Shown in pieces: positions 39,688 to 49,814 of a DNA stretch of 64,000 nucleotides. Under the pieces are notes generated by a model. It was not told the DNA's origin. It saw only the letters and a program-made list of their open reading frames with translations, and did not search any database. A program made the translations under genes and the position numbers. Every line of letters begins with the position of its first letter. Position 1 is the stretch's first letter. Origin of the DNA: Cryomorphaceae bacterium (GTDB taxonomy: Bacteria > Bacteroidota > Bacteroidia > Flavobacteriales_D > Cryomorphaceae); the NCBI GenBank assembly GCA_047632755.1, contig JBLIDT010000009.1:17424-81423 (forward strand), read 5' to 3'.

Positions 39688-39713
39688 AAACATCCTTCCT
39701 TAAGGATGTTTTT
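39688..39713 (+). terminator. Rho-independent terminator after the M20 gene
   Basis: Stem aaacatcctt / aaggatgttt (10 bp), a 4-nt loop, running into ttttt. Confidence 0.7.
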
Positions 39714-39807
39714 CAATTTCCAAGCGAGAATTATTTGATAAGACAAATAATTCCAAAATAGCTTTCAGAGAACTAAGGACTATTTATTAGAGTCTAGCTA
39801 CCATAAA

Positions 39808-41985
39808 CTAGTTCGCTACTTCGCTCATGAATTTAATCCGTATCAAGCGAAGCTGCTCTTCGGTATAATCGCCATCAAACTCGTCGTATGCCGCTCCGAT
39901 GTTGTCCGATTCGGCTTCCAAGAAATAGTCGTAAACCTCCTGCTGCTCCTCTTCATCAAACATATCGTTCAGGTAGTAATCAATATTGATTTTTGTTCCT
40001 GAACCTACGATCGCTTCAATTTCGTCGATCACGTCGTTCATTTCTTTTCCCTTGGCTCTCGCGATGTCCTCGAGAGGTAGTTTGCGGTCAATGTTTTGGA
40101 TGATGTGCACTTTCAGCCCCGACTTGTTGACGATCGACTTCACGACCAAATCTTGAGCTCTGTCTATCTCATTTTCATCAACATAACGTTTGATGAGGTC
40201 TAAGAATGGAGCCCCGAATTTGCGAGCTTTCCCTGCACCTACACCTACTATATTGGTAAGTTCTTCGGTGGTGATGGGATATTGACCCGCCATTTCCTGC
40301 AAAGAGGGTTCTTGAAAAAGCACATATTCGGGCAGCTCTTTTTTCTTGCTAATCTCTTTTCTAAGAGAGATCAACATTTTGTAAAGTCTGTCGTCCATGG
40401 CACCTTTTCCGCCGCCATCTGAAACATCATCCACACCGCTGTAGTCATTTTCCTTAATCAGCTCAATGGAATACGGCTTCTTGATAAAATCTTCACCTTT
40501 CTCGGTGAGTTTCAGAATTCCGTAAGTCTCTATTTCCTTCGATAGCAGACTTCGAATAGTGGATTGTCTGATGACAGCATTCCAGAATTTCTCATCTTGG
40601 TCTTGTCCAGTACCGAAACACTCAAGTCCATCGTCCTTGTATGTTTTTACCTCTACCGTTTCATTTCCCACCATAATATTGATGAGATGGCTGGCCTTAT
40701 GGCGCTGTTTTGATTCTCTGACGCATTCCAATAGTTGTTTGATCTGATCTTTTCCCTCAAAGCGTTCTTTTGGATGGCGACAGTTATCGCACATTTCCTC
40801 GCATCCATCAGAATCAAACTCTTCACCGAAGTAGTGAAGCACGAATTTTCTACGACAGAGACTAGTTTCGGAATAGGAGACAATTTCTTGCAAAAGCTGT
40901 TTCCCGATTTCCATCTCTGAAACGTGTTTCCCCTGGAGAAACTTCTCCAGTTTTTCAATATCCTTATAGCTATAAAAAGCTAGACAATGACCTTCGCCAC
41001 CATCACGACCAGCGCGTCCTGTCTCTTGGTAATAACTCTCGATGCTCTTCGGAATATCGTGATGAATAACGAAACGCACATCGGGTTTGTCAATACCCAT
41101 CCCAAAGGCGATGGTTGCTACAATCACATCGGCATTGCCATTTAGAAAGGAATCTTGGTGCCTGGATCGCATGCCTGCATCCATACCCGCATGATAGGGA
41201 AGGGCGTTGATGCCGTTCACTTTTAAGGATTCAGCAACTTCCTCAACTTTTTTTCGGCTTAGGCAGTACACAATTCCGGACTTTCCAGGTCTGGATTTCA
41301 CAAACTTGATGATTTCTCGAACGACGTCCTTTTTGGGTCGTACCTCATAGTACAGGTTCGGCCTGTTGAAAGAATCTAAGAAGACCTTTGTATCAATCAT
41401 CCCAAGATTCTTCTGAATATCTTGCTGTACTTTCGGTGTGGCAGTGGCCGTAAGTGCAATAATCGGAACGTCGGTAATTTCTTCAATGATCGCCCTTAAC
41501 CTTCTGTATTCTGGACGAAAGTCGTGGCCCCATTCTGAAATGCAATGGGCCTCATCAATGGCAAAGAAGGAGACATTAGCCCCTTGCAAGAACTCAATGT
41601 AGTCGGCCTTGGTCAAACTTTCAGGAGCCATGTAGAGGAGCTTAGTGGCACCGCTCATTACATCTTCCTTCACTTTCAGAATATCTGATTTGTTCAAAGA
41701 TGAATTCAAAAAGTGAGCAATGCCCTCATTCTCGCTTGTACCACGAATGGCATCTACCTGATTCTTCATTAGGGCTATTAGAGGTGAGACGACAATGGCT
41801 GTTCCTTCTTTCATCAATGCTGGGAGCTGATAGCAAAGCGATTTGCCTCCGCCCGTCGGCATGATGACGAAGGTGTGATTACCATTTAATACGTTCTCGA
41901 TGATTTTTTCTTGTTGCCCTTTGAAAGACGAGAATCCAAAATATTTGGTCAACGCCTCTTTCGGCGAAATTAATTCTGATAACAT
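39808..41985 (-). CDS. recQ: ATP-dependent DNA helicase RecQ
   Basis: 725 aa. Walker A PTGGGKS, DEAH box (FAIDEAHCISEWGHDFRPEY), a Zn-binding Cys cluster, and RQC and HRDC-like C-terminal parts. Confidence 0.95.
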   Translation of the reverse strand: MLSELISPKEALTKYFGFSSFKGQQEKIIENVLNGNHTFVIMPTGGGKSLCYQLPALMKEGTAIVVSPLIALMKNQVDAIRGTSENEGIAHFLNSSLNKSDILKVKEDVMSGATKLLYMAPESLTKADYIEFLQGANVSFFAIDEAHCISEWGHDFRPEYRRLRAIIEEITDVPIIALTATATPKVQQDIQKNLGMIDTKVFLDSFNRPNLYYEVRPKKDVVREIIKFVKSRPGKSGIVYCLSRKKVEEVAESLKVNGINALPYHAGMDAGMRSRHQDSFLNGNADVIVATIAFGMGIDKPDVRFVIHHDIPKSIESYYQETGRAGRDGGEGHCLAFYSYKDIEKLEKFLQGKHVSEMEIGKQLLQEIVSYSETSLCRRKFVLHYFGEEFDSDGCEEMCDNCRHPKERFEGKDQIKQLLECVRESKQRHKASHLINIMVGNETVEVKTYKDDGLECFGTGQDQDEKFWNAVIRQSTIRSLLSKEIETYGILKLTEKGEDFIKKPYSIELIKENDYSGVDDVSDGGGKGAMDDRLYKMLISLRKEISKKKELPEYVLFQEPSLQEMAGQYPITTEELTNIVGVGAGKARKFGAPFLDLIKRYVDENEIDRAQDLVVKSIVNKSGLKVHIIQNIDRKLPLEDIARAKGKEMNDVIDEIEAIVGSGTKINIDYYLNDMFDEEEQQEVYDYFLEAESDNIGAAYDEFDGDYTEEQLRLIRIKFMSEVAN

Positions 41986-42465
41986 TTCCAGATCTTCAGT
42001 TTACCCTTGAGTACTTCTTTCCGCACTTGTATGTTACAGGGATGTTTATGGATTTTCAATTTACGATAATCGTTCTAATTAGCAACCCCTTGAAGTATAA
42101 TTTTTTGATGAACATTTCAGCACTTGAAAAAGAACTGTTCAATCCAGCTTCGAGAGACTAAAGCTACGAAAAAAGGCATACGCAGGAAGTGAAGTATATG
42201 AGCCTAAATTCTTTTATTATTGGGGATTGAGACCGCTTGTAAATAGTGAGTTTCGTAAAATATAAACCTCATTGTGGGCTATTTAAAGTTATTTCTAGGA
42301 AGTAAACCGCTCTTTAGAAGTTGGATGCTCAAAGGCTCTCTCACAAAATCAGATATCCTGAGTTGACTTAAGCTTGATATAACTCGCTATATCTGAGTAA
42401 AGACAGCCGGGTCATTGAATTTTATGAAAATCTGAATTTCCAAATAATAATCGAATTCAGGTGAT

Positions 42466-42473
42466 TAGCTTTG
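42466..42473 (+). promoter_or_regulatory. Candidate -7 box TAGCTTTG upstream of tatC
   Basis: Matches TAnnTTTG, 29 nt upstream of ATG 42502. No clear -33 TTG seen. Confidence 0.3.
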
Positions 42474-42501
42474 CATTTTAGGTAAAAACTCAATAGAAGG
42501 G

Positions 42502-43314
42502 ATGGCTGACCCCAATCAAATGACATTTCTGCAGCACCTCGAAGAGCTGAGGTGGCGACTTATAAAAGCGTTTGTAGCCATTTTTGCATTTGGCACAATT
42601 GCCTTTGTGTTCAAAAGTTTTGTGTTTGATGTATTGATTTTCGCACCCAAAAGTCCCGACTTTATCACGTATCGCTTCTTTTGTTACATGTCCAATTTGA
42701 TTGGTTTGGACGATAGCCTCTGCCTTGCTTCCTCCTTTGAATTGCAGAATATCACGATGAGCGGGCAATTTACCTCCCACATTTTGGTCTCCATGGTGCT
42801 GGGCTTCATCGTTGCTTTTCCCTACGTTTTCTTTCAAGTTTGGGCTTTTATAATGCCTGGCCTTAGCGGAAACGAAAAATCTACAGCAAGAGGAGCGGTT
42901 GTCGCTACTTCGCTTCTGTTTCTGCTCGGTGTAAGTTTTGGCTATTTTCTCATTTCCCCTCTTTCAGTGCAATTTTTAGGCGGATATACCGTAAGCGATC
43001 AGGTGGATAATATTATAGCCCTAAACTCATTTATAACTACGGTTACCATGACCACTCTTTCAGGTGGGCTAGTATTCCAGTTGCCTGTGGTGATTTTCTT
43101 TTTGGCCAAGCTCGGACTAGTTACTCCCGAGAGCCTCAAAAAATACCGCAAACACGCTTTCGTGGGAGTTCTAGTGTTGAGCGCAATTATCACTCCGCCA
43201 GACGTTACGAGTCAGATATTGGTAACTTTACCTTTGATGGTTCTTTACGAATTAAGTATCCATATAGCCAGAATTGTCGTTAGAAAAAATAAGAAGGAGT
43301 CGGTTGCTTCCTGA
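42502..43314 (+). CDS. tatC: Twin-arginine translocase subunit TatC
   Basis: 270 aa. MTFLQHLEELRWRLIK N-terminus and the six-TM TatC layout. Confidence 0.92.
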   Translation: MADPNQMTFLQHLEELRWRLIKAFVAIFAFGTIAFVFKSFVFDVLIFAPKSPDFITYRFFCYMSNLIGLDDSLCLASSFELQNITMSGQFTSHILVSMVLGFIVAFPYVFFQVWAFIMPGLSGNEKSTARGAVVATSLLFLLGVSFGYFLISPLSVQFLGGYTVSDQVDNIIALNSFITTVTMTTLSGGLVFQLPVVIFFLAKLGLVTPESLKKYRKHAFVGVLVLSAIITPPDVTSQILVTLPLMVLYELSIHIARIVVRKNKKESVAS

Positions 43315-43331
43315 TCAATCGTCCTTTTGTT

Positions 43332-45839
43332 ATGAAGCACTCCATTGCCTCCATACCGTTTTTGAAAAGTAAAAAGGCACTCTTATTCCTCCTCGCCCTT
43401 TTTCTGTTTCCCGTATTTTCCTTTGCCCAAAGGACAATCGTTTATGGAAAGGTGTTCGACGCAGAAACGAAGGAGTCTCTTCCTTTTGTGAATGTAGCAT
43501 TCAAAGGAAGTAAGGTTGGAACCACCACAGATCTAGATGGGAATTACCGTCTCGAAACTTACTATGCCGAAGACTCTTTGATGTCTTCTTTTGTAGGGTA
43601 TAAGCCACTGGCATTTCGGGTTAAGGAAGACGAGAGCCAAAATATAGATTTTCCAATGGCAGAGGGTGCCGTCAGCTTGGGTGAAGTAGTCATTAACGCT
43701 AAGGACTTTGAAAACCCAGCCCATGTCATTCTTAAAAAGATCATTAAAAACAAGAAGGTCAACAACAGAGAGAAACTAGACTCTTATCAATACGAAACTT
43801 ACAACAAAATCGAGTTTGATCTCAACAACCTTTCCGACAAATTCAAAGAACGAAAGCTATTTAAGTCCTTCGATTTCATCTTTGACAATATTGATTCTAC
43901 GGGAGAAAAAGTGACCCTTCCCTTTTTTATGACCGAAACCTTGAGCGATTACTACTACCAAAGAAATCCAAAGGGTAGAAAAGAGATCATTCACGCTACG
44001 AAGGTTTCGGGGATCAACAACGAAAGTATCTCGCAATTTCTCGGTCAGATGTACCAAGATGTAAACATCTATCAAAACTCGCTCGGTATTTTTGGGAAAA
44101 ACTTCGTGAGCCCTATTTCCGATTATGGCTTGGTTTTCTATAAGTACTACTTAGTGGATAGCACATTCATTGATAGTAAGTGGTGCTATCGGTTGGATTT
44201 TCTTCCGAAGAATGAAAGTGAACTCGTCTTCGAAGGACACTTTTGGGTGAATGATACCACCTATGCCATCAAAGAAATTGACGCGACTATTTTGCCTTCG
44301 GCTAATATCAACTTCATCACCGATCTGCAAGTGAGGCATCAATACGATGAGGTAGAGCCCGAAGTTTGGATGTTGAAACGCGAAGAACTCTTGGCTGACT
44401 TTAGCCTGCTAGATTCCGAAATGGGCTTCTATGGAAAGAAGATGACCACCTACAAGGACTTTGTGATCAACAAGCCAAAAGACACTGAATTTTACAGTGG
44501 TGCCGAGAATGTCATTGTAGAAACGGAGATCAATGCTTTAGAAGAGTCTTACTGGAAAGAAAACAGACACGAGCAAATATCGGATGACCAGCAAGCCATT
44601 TACGACATGGTAGATAGCCTCAAGACCAATAGAGTCTTCATGACTTACGTGGATATTATAAATTTCTTTTTCCAAGGCTATTGGGTAGATGGTAAAGTGG
44701 AATGGGGTCCTGTTTTCACCTTTTTAAGTTACAACTCCGTTGAAGGTTTAAGACCCAAATTTGGGTTGCGAACCTCAAATGAGTTTAGTACTAGGCTGAA
44801 ACTGGAAGGCTATGCTGCTTACGGCACCAAAGACGAACGATTTAAGTACATGGTAGGAGGGACGTACTTTTTGAGTAAAAAGCCACGCCAAACTTTGGGG
44901 GCCTATTTTTCCGAAGATTATGAACTCATTGGCCAGGTGCCCAATTATTTTTCAAGAGATCACTTCATTCAAATACTGACCGTACGGAACCCACAGGACA
45001 GACTTATTTTAAACAAGCAGGCGCGTGTTTTCACAGAAAGAGTCTGGTTTAACGGGTTCTCCACTCTCTTGGAATTTCGACGCAGGGAGATGTCCTCAGC
45101 AGGAGCTTGGAATTTTGAGCGGAATGAAGATATAGGGGGAGAGATTCAGCTAGTCGATGTCAACAACATCATTAGTTCAGAGATATCGCTTGGCTTTCGT
45201 TTCGCTTTCCGCGAAAATTTTGTGGAGGGCGAATTCGAGAGGATTTCTCTGGGTAGTAATTGGCCTATTATAAACGCTAGAGTGGATTTTGGCTTGAAGG
45301 GAGTTATAGGAAGCGACTACGAATACCAGAAGCTAACGCTTACTGTCACTGACAAAATCCCCGCTGGGCCTTTCGGGACTATGAGGTACTCTCTGGAAGC
45401 AGGGAAAACTTGGCAAGCTCTTCCTTACCCGCTGCAGTTCGTGCATTCGGGTAACGAAAGTTTCTTTTACAATAGTGAGGCTTTTAACACGATGAACTTC
45501 TTCGAATTTGTTAGCGACCGCTATGTTGCTATGAGGGCTGAACACCATTTCGAGGGTTTTTTCTTCAATAAGATTCCGCTCTTTAAGAAGTTAAAGTGGC
45601 GAGAGATCGTTGGAGTGAATGGTATTTATGGAGCCTTTAACGAGTCAAATGCTGAAGAGTTGGTTCTGCCTGATCTCACCTTTACCTTTGATGATGGTAT
45701 TCCATTTGCCGAAGCTTATGTCGGGGTTGAAAATATCTTTCGGTTTTTTAGAGTGGACGCTGTTTGGAGATTAACCTACCTTGACAATCCCAATGCGCCT
45801 AAATTTGGCTTACTTCTTGGATTCGACATTCAATTCTAG
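43332..45839 (+). CDS. CarboxypepD_reg-like plus DUF5686-type outer-membrane protein
   Basis: 835 aa with a signal peptide. The N-terminal motif is VYGKVFDAETKESLPFVNVAFKGSKVGTTTDLDGNYRL. The C-terminal part is long and beta-rich and ends in Phe (FDIQF). Confidence 0.7.
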   Translation: MKHSIASIPFLKSKKALLFLLALFLFPVFSFAQRTIVYGKVFDAETKESLPFVNVAFKGSKVGTTTDLDGNYRLETYYAEDSLMSSFVGYKPLAFRVKEDESQNIDFPMAEGAVSLGEVVINAKDFENPAHVILKKIIKNKKVNNREKLDSYQYETYNKIEFDLNNLSDKFKERKLFKSFDFIFDNIDSTGEKVTLPFFMTETLSDYYYQRNPKGRKEIIHATKVSGINNESISQFLGQMYQDVNIYQNSLGIFGKNFVSPISDYGLVFYKYYLVDSTFIDSKWCYRLDFLPKNESELVFEGHFWVNDTTYAIKEIDATILPSANINFITDLQVRHQYDEVEPEVWMLKREELLADFSLLDSEMGFYGKKMTTYKDFVINKPKDTEFYSGAENVIVETEINALEESYWKENRHEQISDDQQAIYDMVDSLKTNRVFMTYVDIINFFFQGYWVDGKVEWGPVFTFLSYNSVEGLRPKFGLRTSNEFSTRLKLEGYAAYGTKDERFKYMVGGTYFLSKKPRQTLGAYFSEDYELIGQVPNYFSRDHFIQILTVRNPQDRLILNKQARVFTERVWFNGFSTLLEFRRREMSSAGAWNFERNEDIGGEIQLVDVNNIISSEISLGFRFAFRENFVEGEFERISLGSNWPIINARVDFGLKGVIGSDYEYQKLTLTVTDKIPAGPFGTMRYSLEAGKTWQALPYPLQFVHSGNESFFYNSEAFNTMNFFEFVSDRYVAMRAEHHFEGFFFNKIPLFKKLKWREIVGVNGIYGAFNESNAEELVLPDLTFTFDDGIPFAEAYVGVENIFRFFRVDAVWRLTYLDNPNAPKFGLLLGFDIQF

Positions 45840-45845
45840 ACTATT

Positions 45846-46580
45846 ATGATCCTTCGAGCTGAAAACCTGGTTAAGAAATACAAAAGTCGCGTAGTTGTGA
45901 AAGGCGTTTCCGTGCAGGTAGAACAAGGTGAAATCGTTGGTCTACTCGGGCCAAACGGAGCGGGAAAAACCACCACATTTTATATGACCGTGGGTTTGGT
46001 TCAGCCCAACTCAGGGAAGATTTATCTCGACGACGAAGACATTACTGACCGGGCGATGTATGAGCGTGCGAAGCTTGGAGTCGGCTACCTGCCTCAGGAG
46101 CCAAGTGTTTTTAGAAAGCTAAGTGTCGAAGACAACGTCAAAGCCGTTTTGGAAATGACCAAGCTCACCAAGAAAGAGCAGTCGGATAAATTGGAAACGC
46201 TGATAGACGAATTGGGCCTTGGTCATGTGCGCACCAACCGTGGAGACTTTCTCTCGGGAGGCGAGCGCCGCCGAACCGAAATCGCTCGAGCTTTGGCCAC
46301 CGACCCAAAGTTTATTTTGTTGGACGAACCCTTTGCGGGGGTCGACCCCATTGCTGTAGAAGACATCCAATCCATCGTAGCCCAACTTAAAACGAAGAAC
46401 ATCGGTATCCTCATTACCGACCACAACGTTCAGGAAACCCTTTCCATCACCGACAGGGCTTATCTCCTTTTTGAGGGAAATATCCTCAAATCAGGTACCG
46501 CCGAAGAACTGGCTTCAGACGAGCAGGTCAGAAAAGTGTATTTGGGCAAGAACTTTGAGTTGAGGAGGAAAGTGCTTTAA
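45846..46580 (+). CDS. lptB: LPS export ABC transporter ATP-binding protein LptB
   Basis: 244 aa. Walker [10 protein letters not shown], signature [15 protein letters not shown], Walker [15 protein letters not shown]-loop ITDHNV. Confidence 0.92.
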   Translation: MILRAENLVKKYKSRVVVKGVSVQVEQGEIVGLLGPNGAGKTTTFYMTVGLVQPNSGKIYLDDEDITDRAMYERAKLGVGYLPQEPSVFRKLSVEDNVKAVLEMTKLTKKEQSDKLETLIDELGLGHVRTNRGDFLSGGERRRTEIARALATDPKFILLDEPFAGVDPIAVEDIQSIVAQLKTKNIGILITDHNVQETLSITDRAYLLFEGNILKSGTAEELASDEQVRKVYLGKNFELRRKVL

Positions 46581-46585
46581 GCCAT
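46407..46585 (+). repeat. Direct repeat copy 1 (functional lptB 3' end plus 5 nt past the stop)
   Basis: 179 nt, with 162/179 positions identical to 49942..50120 in a hand alignment. Confidence 0.9.
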
Positions 46586-46803
46586 TATCTGTTACGAGGG
46601 CTAAGGCAGGAGTAAACTCGCCTTATTCACACAAGAGGTATACAGGAGGAAGGACGGATGATTCGCTCCCGATGGCTGAGTGTAATTACAATTTGAAATG
46701 GGTGTTCTTGTCGAAGTTTCGGAGCTTATTTACTTGAGATATTTACTGATTCATCAGCTTTCAAAGTCTTACTAAATGCTGAAAAGCAGGTTCATTATTC
46801 TGA

Positions 46804-46811
46804 TATATTTG
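46804..46811 (+). promoter_or_regulatory. Candidate -7 box TATATTTG upstream of the FG-GAP gene
   Basis: Matches TAnnTTTG, 68 nt upstream of ATG 46879. Confidence 0.3.
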
Positions 46812-46878
46812 TTTAAAATTTCTCTATAGATTGTAAGATAAATTTCTCTATTTTTACTCAACCAAAAAACAACCAATC

Positions 46879-49698
46879 ATGCAGACTCGCTATATTTCAA
46901 TCATCATTTTCATTTTTATTTCTGCCACAGGCTTTGCTCAATTGTTTAGCCAAGAGAAGGAGCTTACAAGTCAAACGCGCGGTGCACTTGACGTCAATAA
47001 AGGGGACCTGGACGGAGATGGAGATATGGATCTCATAGCGGCTTCTTCAATTGACGGACGCATTGGATGGTACGAGAATAGAGGGATAGAAGGTGTTGGC
47101 CCGCAGCAGACCATAAGTAGGGAAGCTGTTGGCGCTAGTTCGGTCTTTGCAGCTGATTTGGACGGGGATGGATCTGTAGATGTGCTCTCCAGTTCCTTTG
47201 ATGATGATAAGATAGCATGGTATAGAAATCTTGGACAAGGACTGTTCGGTCTTCAGCAGCTTATAGCTATAGATGCTGATGGGGCTTTATCGGTCATCGC
47301 AGCAGACCTAGATGGTGATGGCGATATGGATGTTATTACCGCTTCTGAACTGGACAACAACATAAGGTCTTATTACAATGACGGAGCTGGAAATTTCGGG
47401 GCAGCCGTCATCATCAATTCCTTAGCTGATGGCGCGCAGTCGGTTTTCACTGCTGACATAGATGGCGATGGCGATTTAGATGTGCTATCTGCATCTATTT
47501 ATGATGATACCGTTGCCTGGTATGCCAATGACGGAAATGGCAATTTCAGCGCCTCTCAAATTATCACATCACTAGCCAATGGAGCCACCTCAGTTTGGGC
47601 GGCAGACCTAGACGGAGATGGCGATCAGGATGTTCTTTCTAGTTCTAGAAATGACAATACAATTGCCTGGTATCAAAACAGTGGGTCAGGAGTTTTTGGA
47701 GTGAAGCAGGTCTTGTCTTCCAATTCCGTGGGTGCCCAATCAGTGCAGACTGCTGATTTCGATAATGATGGCGACCTGGATGTCTTTGCTGCTTCAAGAG
47801 GTGATAGTAAAACAGCCTTTTTCATCAATCAAGGTGCTGGGATCTTTAGCACAGAGCAAATTGTTAGTACTGAAACTATAGGGATGCGCGAATTGGTGCT
47901 GCTAGATCTCCTTGCTGATGGTGATTTAGACTTGGTGTGCGCTTCTTTCGGAGATGATATGCTCTCGTGGTTCGAGAACAGAGGTCCAGCAGGAATAGGG
48001 CCTAGACAATTGCTATCAAACTATGCAACCACTGCCAAGTGTGTGATAGCTGCCGATGTAGATGGTGATGGGGACAATGATGTTCTCTTTTCCTCCTTTG
48101 GGGATAATAGAGTAGGGTGGTATGAAAATCTGGGTTCGGGGAATTTTAGCCGACAGAATATCATCACCAACAATGCTGGTCAAGTAGGAACGATTGACGC
48201 AGTTGACATGGATCTTGATGGCGATATCGATGTGCTTTCCGCTTCGCGCAGTGATAGCAAGATAGCTTGGTATGAAAATGATGGCACAGGGAATTTCGGG
48301 CCTCAGTTGATCATTTCTTCGGAAGCGTCAGGAGCGCGTTCGGCCAGAGCGGCTGACTTCGACGGTGATGGAGACTTGGATGTTGTCTCGGCATTGCGGT
48401 TAAGTAATGGAGTGGCATGGCACGAGAATCTTGGAGGTCAAGTCTTTGCTCCTCAAGTTGTCATCACCGATCAGACAATTGGTATTCGATGCGTCTTTCC
48501 ATCAGATCTGGATGGCGACGGTGATATAGATATAATATCTGCTTCCTCCTTTGATGATAAGATAGCTTGGTATGCCAATGATGGTGCAGGGAATTTCGGT
48601 CCTCCACAAATGGTTAGTCTTTTGGCTAATAGTCCGCCGTCAGTGCGCACGGCCGATTTGGATGGAGATGGCGACTTGGATATCATCTCGGCCTCTGATA
48701 GAGATGCAAAAATAGCTTGGTATCAGAATAATGGACTCGGAGTTTTCGGTGTTCAACAAGTGATCTCCCTAGAAGCTGATGCCGCTCAATCTGTTCACCC
48801 TGCTGATGTAGACGGCGATGGTGATATCGATGTTCTTTCTGCTTCTTATTTTGACAACAAGATTGCTTGGTATGAAAACGATGGTTTGGGGAATTTTGGA
48901 CCTCAGCAGATTATTTCGACCCAAGCAGAAGGAGCTCTTTTTGTCTCCGCTGCCGATTTGGACGGCGATGGAGATTTAGATGCTATGTCGGCCTCGCTTT
49001 TGGATAATAAGATCGCTTGGTATGAGAATCTCTCACAATCGGTTTGCAATGCACCTCTTAACTTGGATGTAATAGAGATAGGATTCAGCGGGTCCAATCC
49101 TGAAGTGAACCTTTCATGGGATAATACAAACGGGACTGCTAATTGCGAAGTGAAAGCAGGGCGTATCAATACGGCTTCAGCTGCCACTGCGACACCTGTA
49201 TTTGCAAACCTGAATAACACACAGATATTGACTCAGACTACTGGGGCAGGACTCCTGTTCAATATAGGCCTCTATGATAATCCCACAGCCTTGATCATTC
49301 CTGGCGCTTGGTATGGATTTGAGGTGCGCTGTACTTGTCAAAATGGATCAGGTTATTCTCCTTGGTCAGGATTGATGCCTTCATCAGTGGTTCAGATCCC
49401 AGTATTGAATCCTGTATTTGCTCCTGAAAACACCCAGAATACTTCACTGGAAACAGGGAAAAGTATCCGCTTATATCCCAATCCATTTTCGGCAACAGCC
49501 ACACTAGATCTAGGAGGCAGTGCAGGATGGCTTGGAATGGAGATCTATGACCTACAAGGCCGATTGATCAGACATGATAAGGTTTATTCGCAGGAGGGCA
49601 TTGTGCGTATAGACAGGGCTGACTTGGTGAGCGGGAGTTATATCCTTAGGCTCAAAACCGCATCAAAGAGCAGGGAGCTTCTTTTCATTGTGGAGTAG
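46879..49698 (+). CDS. FG-GAP/VCBS-repeat protein (14 blades) with a T9SS C-terminal sorting domain
   Basis: 939 aa with a signal peptide. It has 14 repeats of about 59-63 aa, each with the Ca-binding-like loop ADLDGDGDxDV and KIAWYxNxGxGNFG. CTD: IRLYPNPFSATATLDL…GSYILRLKTASKSRELLFIVE. Confidence 0.9.
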   Translation: MQTRYISIIIFIFISATGFAQLFSQEKELTSQTRGALDVNKGDLDGDGDMDLIAASSIDGRIGWYENRGIEGVGPQQTISREAVGASSVFAADLDGDGSVDVLSSSFDDDKIAWYRNLGQGLFGLQQLIAIDADGALSVIAADLDGDGDMDVITASELDNNIRSYYNDGAGNFGAAVIINSLADGAQSVFTADIDGDGDLDVLSASIYDDTVAWYANDGNGNFSASQIITSLANGATSVWAADLDGDGDQDVLSSSRNDNTIAWYQNSGSGVFGVKQVLSSNSVGAQSVQTADFDNDGDLDVFAASRGDSKTAFFINQGAGIFSTEQIVSTETIGMRELVLLDLLADGDLDLVCASFGDDMLSWFENRGPAGIGPRQLLSNYATTAKCVIAADVDGDGDNDVLFSSFGDNRVGWYENLGSGNFSRQNIITNNAGQVGTIDAVDMDLDGDIDVLSASRSDSKIAWYENDGTGNFGPQLIISSEASGARSARAADFDGDGDLDVVSALRLSNGVAWHENLGGQVFAPQVVITDQTIGIRCVFPSDLDGDGDIDIISASSFDDKIAWYANDGAGNFGPPQMVSLLANSPPSVRTADLDGDGDLDIISASDRDAKIAWYQNNGLGVFGVQQVISLEADAAQSVHPADVDGDGDIDVLSASYFDNKIAWYENDGLGNFGPQQIISTQAEGALFVSAADLDGDGDLDAMSASLLDNKIAWYENLSQSVCNAPLNLDVIEIGFSGSNPEVNLSWDNTNGTANCEVKAGRINTASAATATPVFANLNNTQILTQTTGAGLLFNIGLYDNPTALIIPGAWYGFEVRCTCQNGSGYSPWSGLMPSSVVQIPVLNPVFAPENTQNTSLETGKSIRLYPNPFSATATLDLGGSAGWLGMEIYDLQGRLIRHDKVYSQEGIVRIDRADLVSGSYILRLKTASKSRELLFIVE
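46969..49024 (+). repeat. Intragenic tandem array of 14 FG-GAP repeat units (about 180 nt period)
   Basis: Read from the translated repeats. The units are divergent at nucleotide level. Confidence 0.8.
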
Positions 49699-49814
49699 AA
49701 AGGGTCCATTTCCTTATTCTTCTTTACTATTGAACCAGAGTTCCTTTGCCTAAGGAGTGTTTGTTATTCAATTCTTATTTATTTGATCAGCTCTGCACAG
49801 TTTTTCAGTCTTGT

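Noticed and set aside
46969-49024. Regular ~180-nt periodicity that could be mistaken for a CRISPR array or satellite.
   Set aside because: The period lies inside one long ORF and corresponds to FG-GAP protein repeats. The units are divergent, and there is no repeat/spacer structure.
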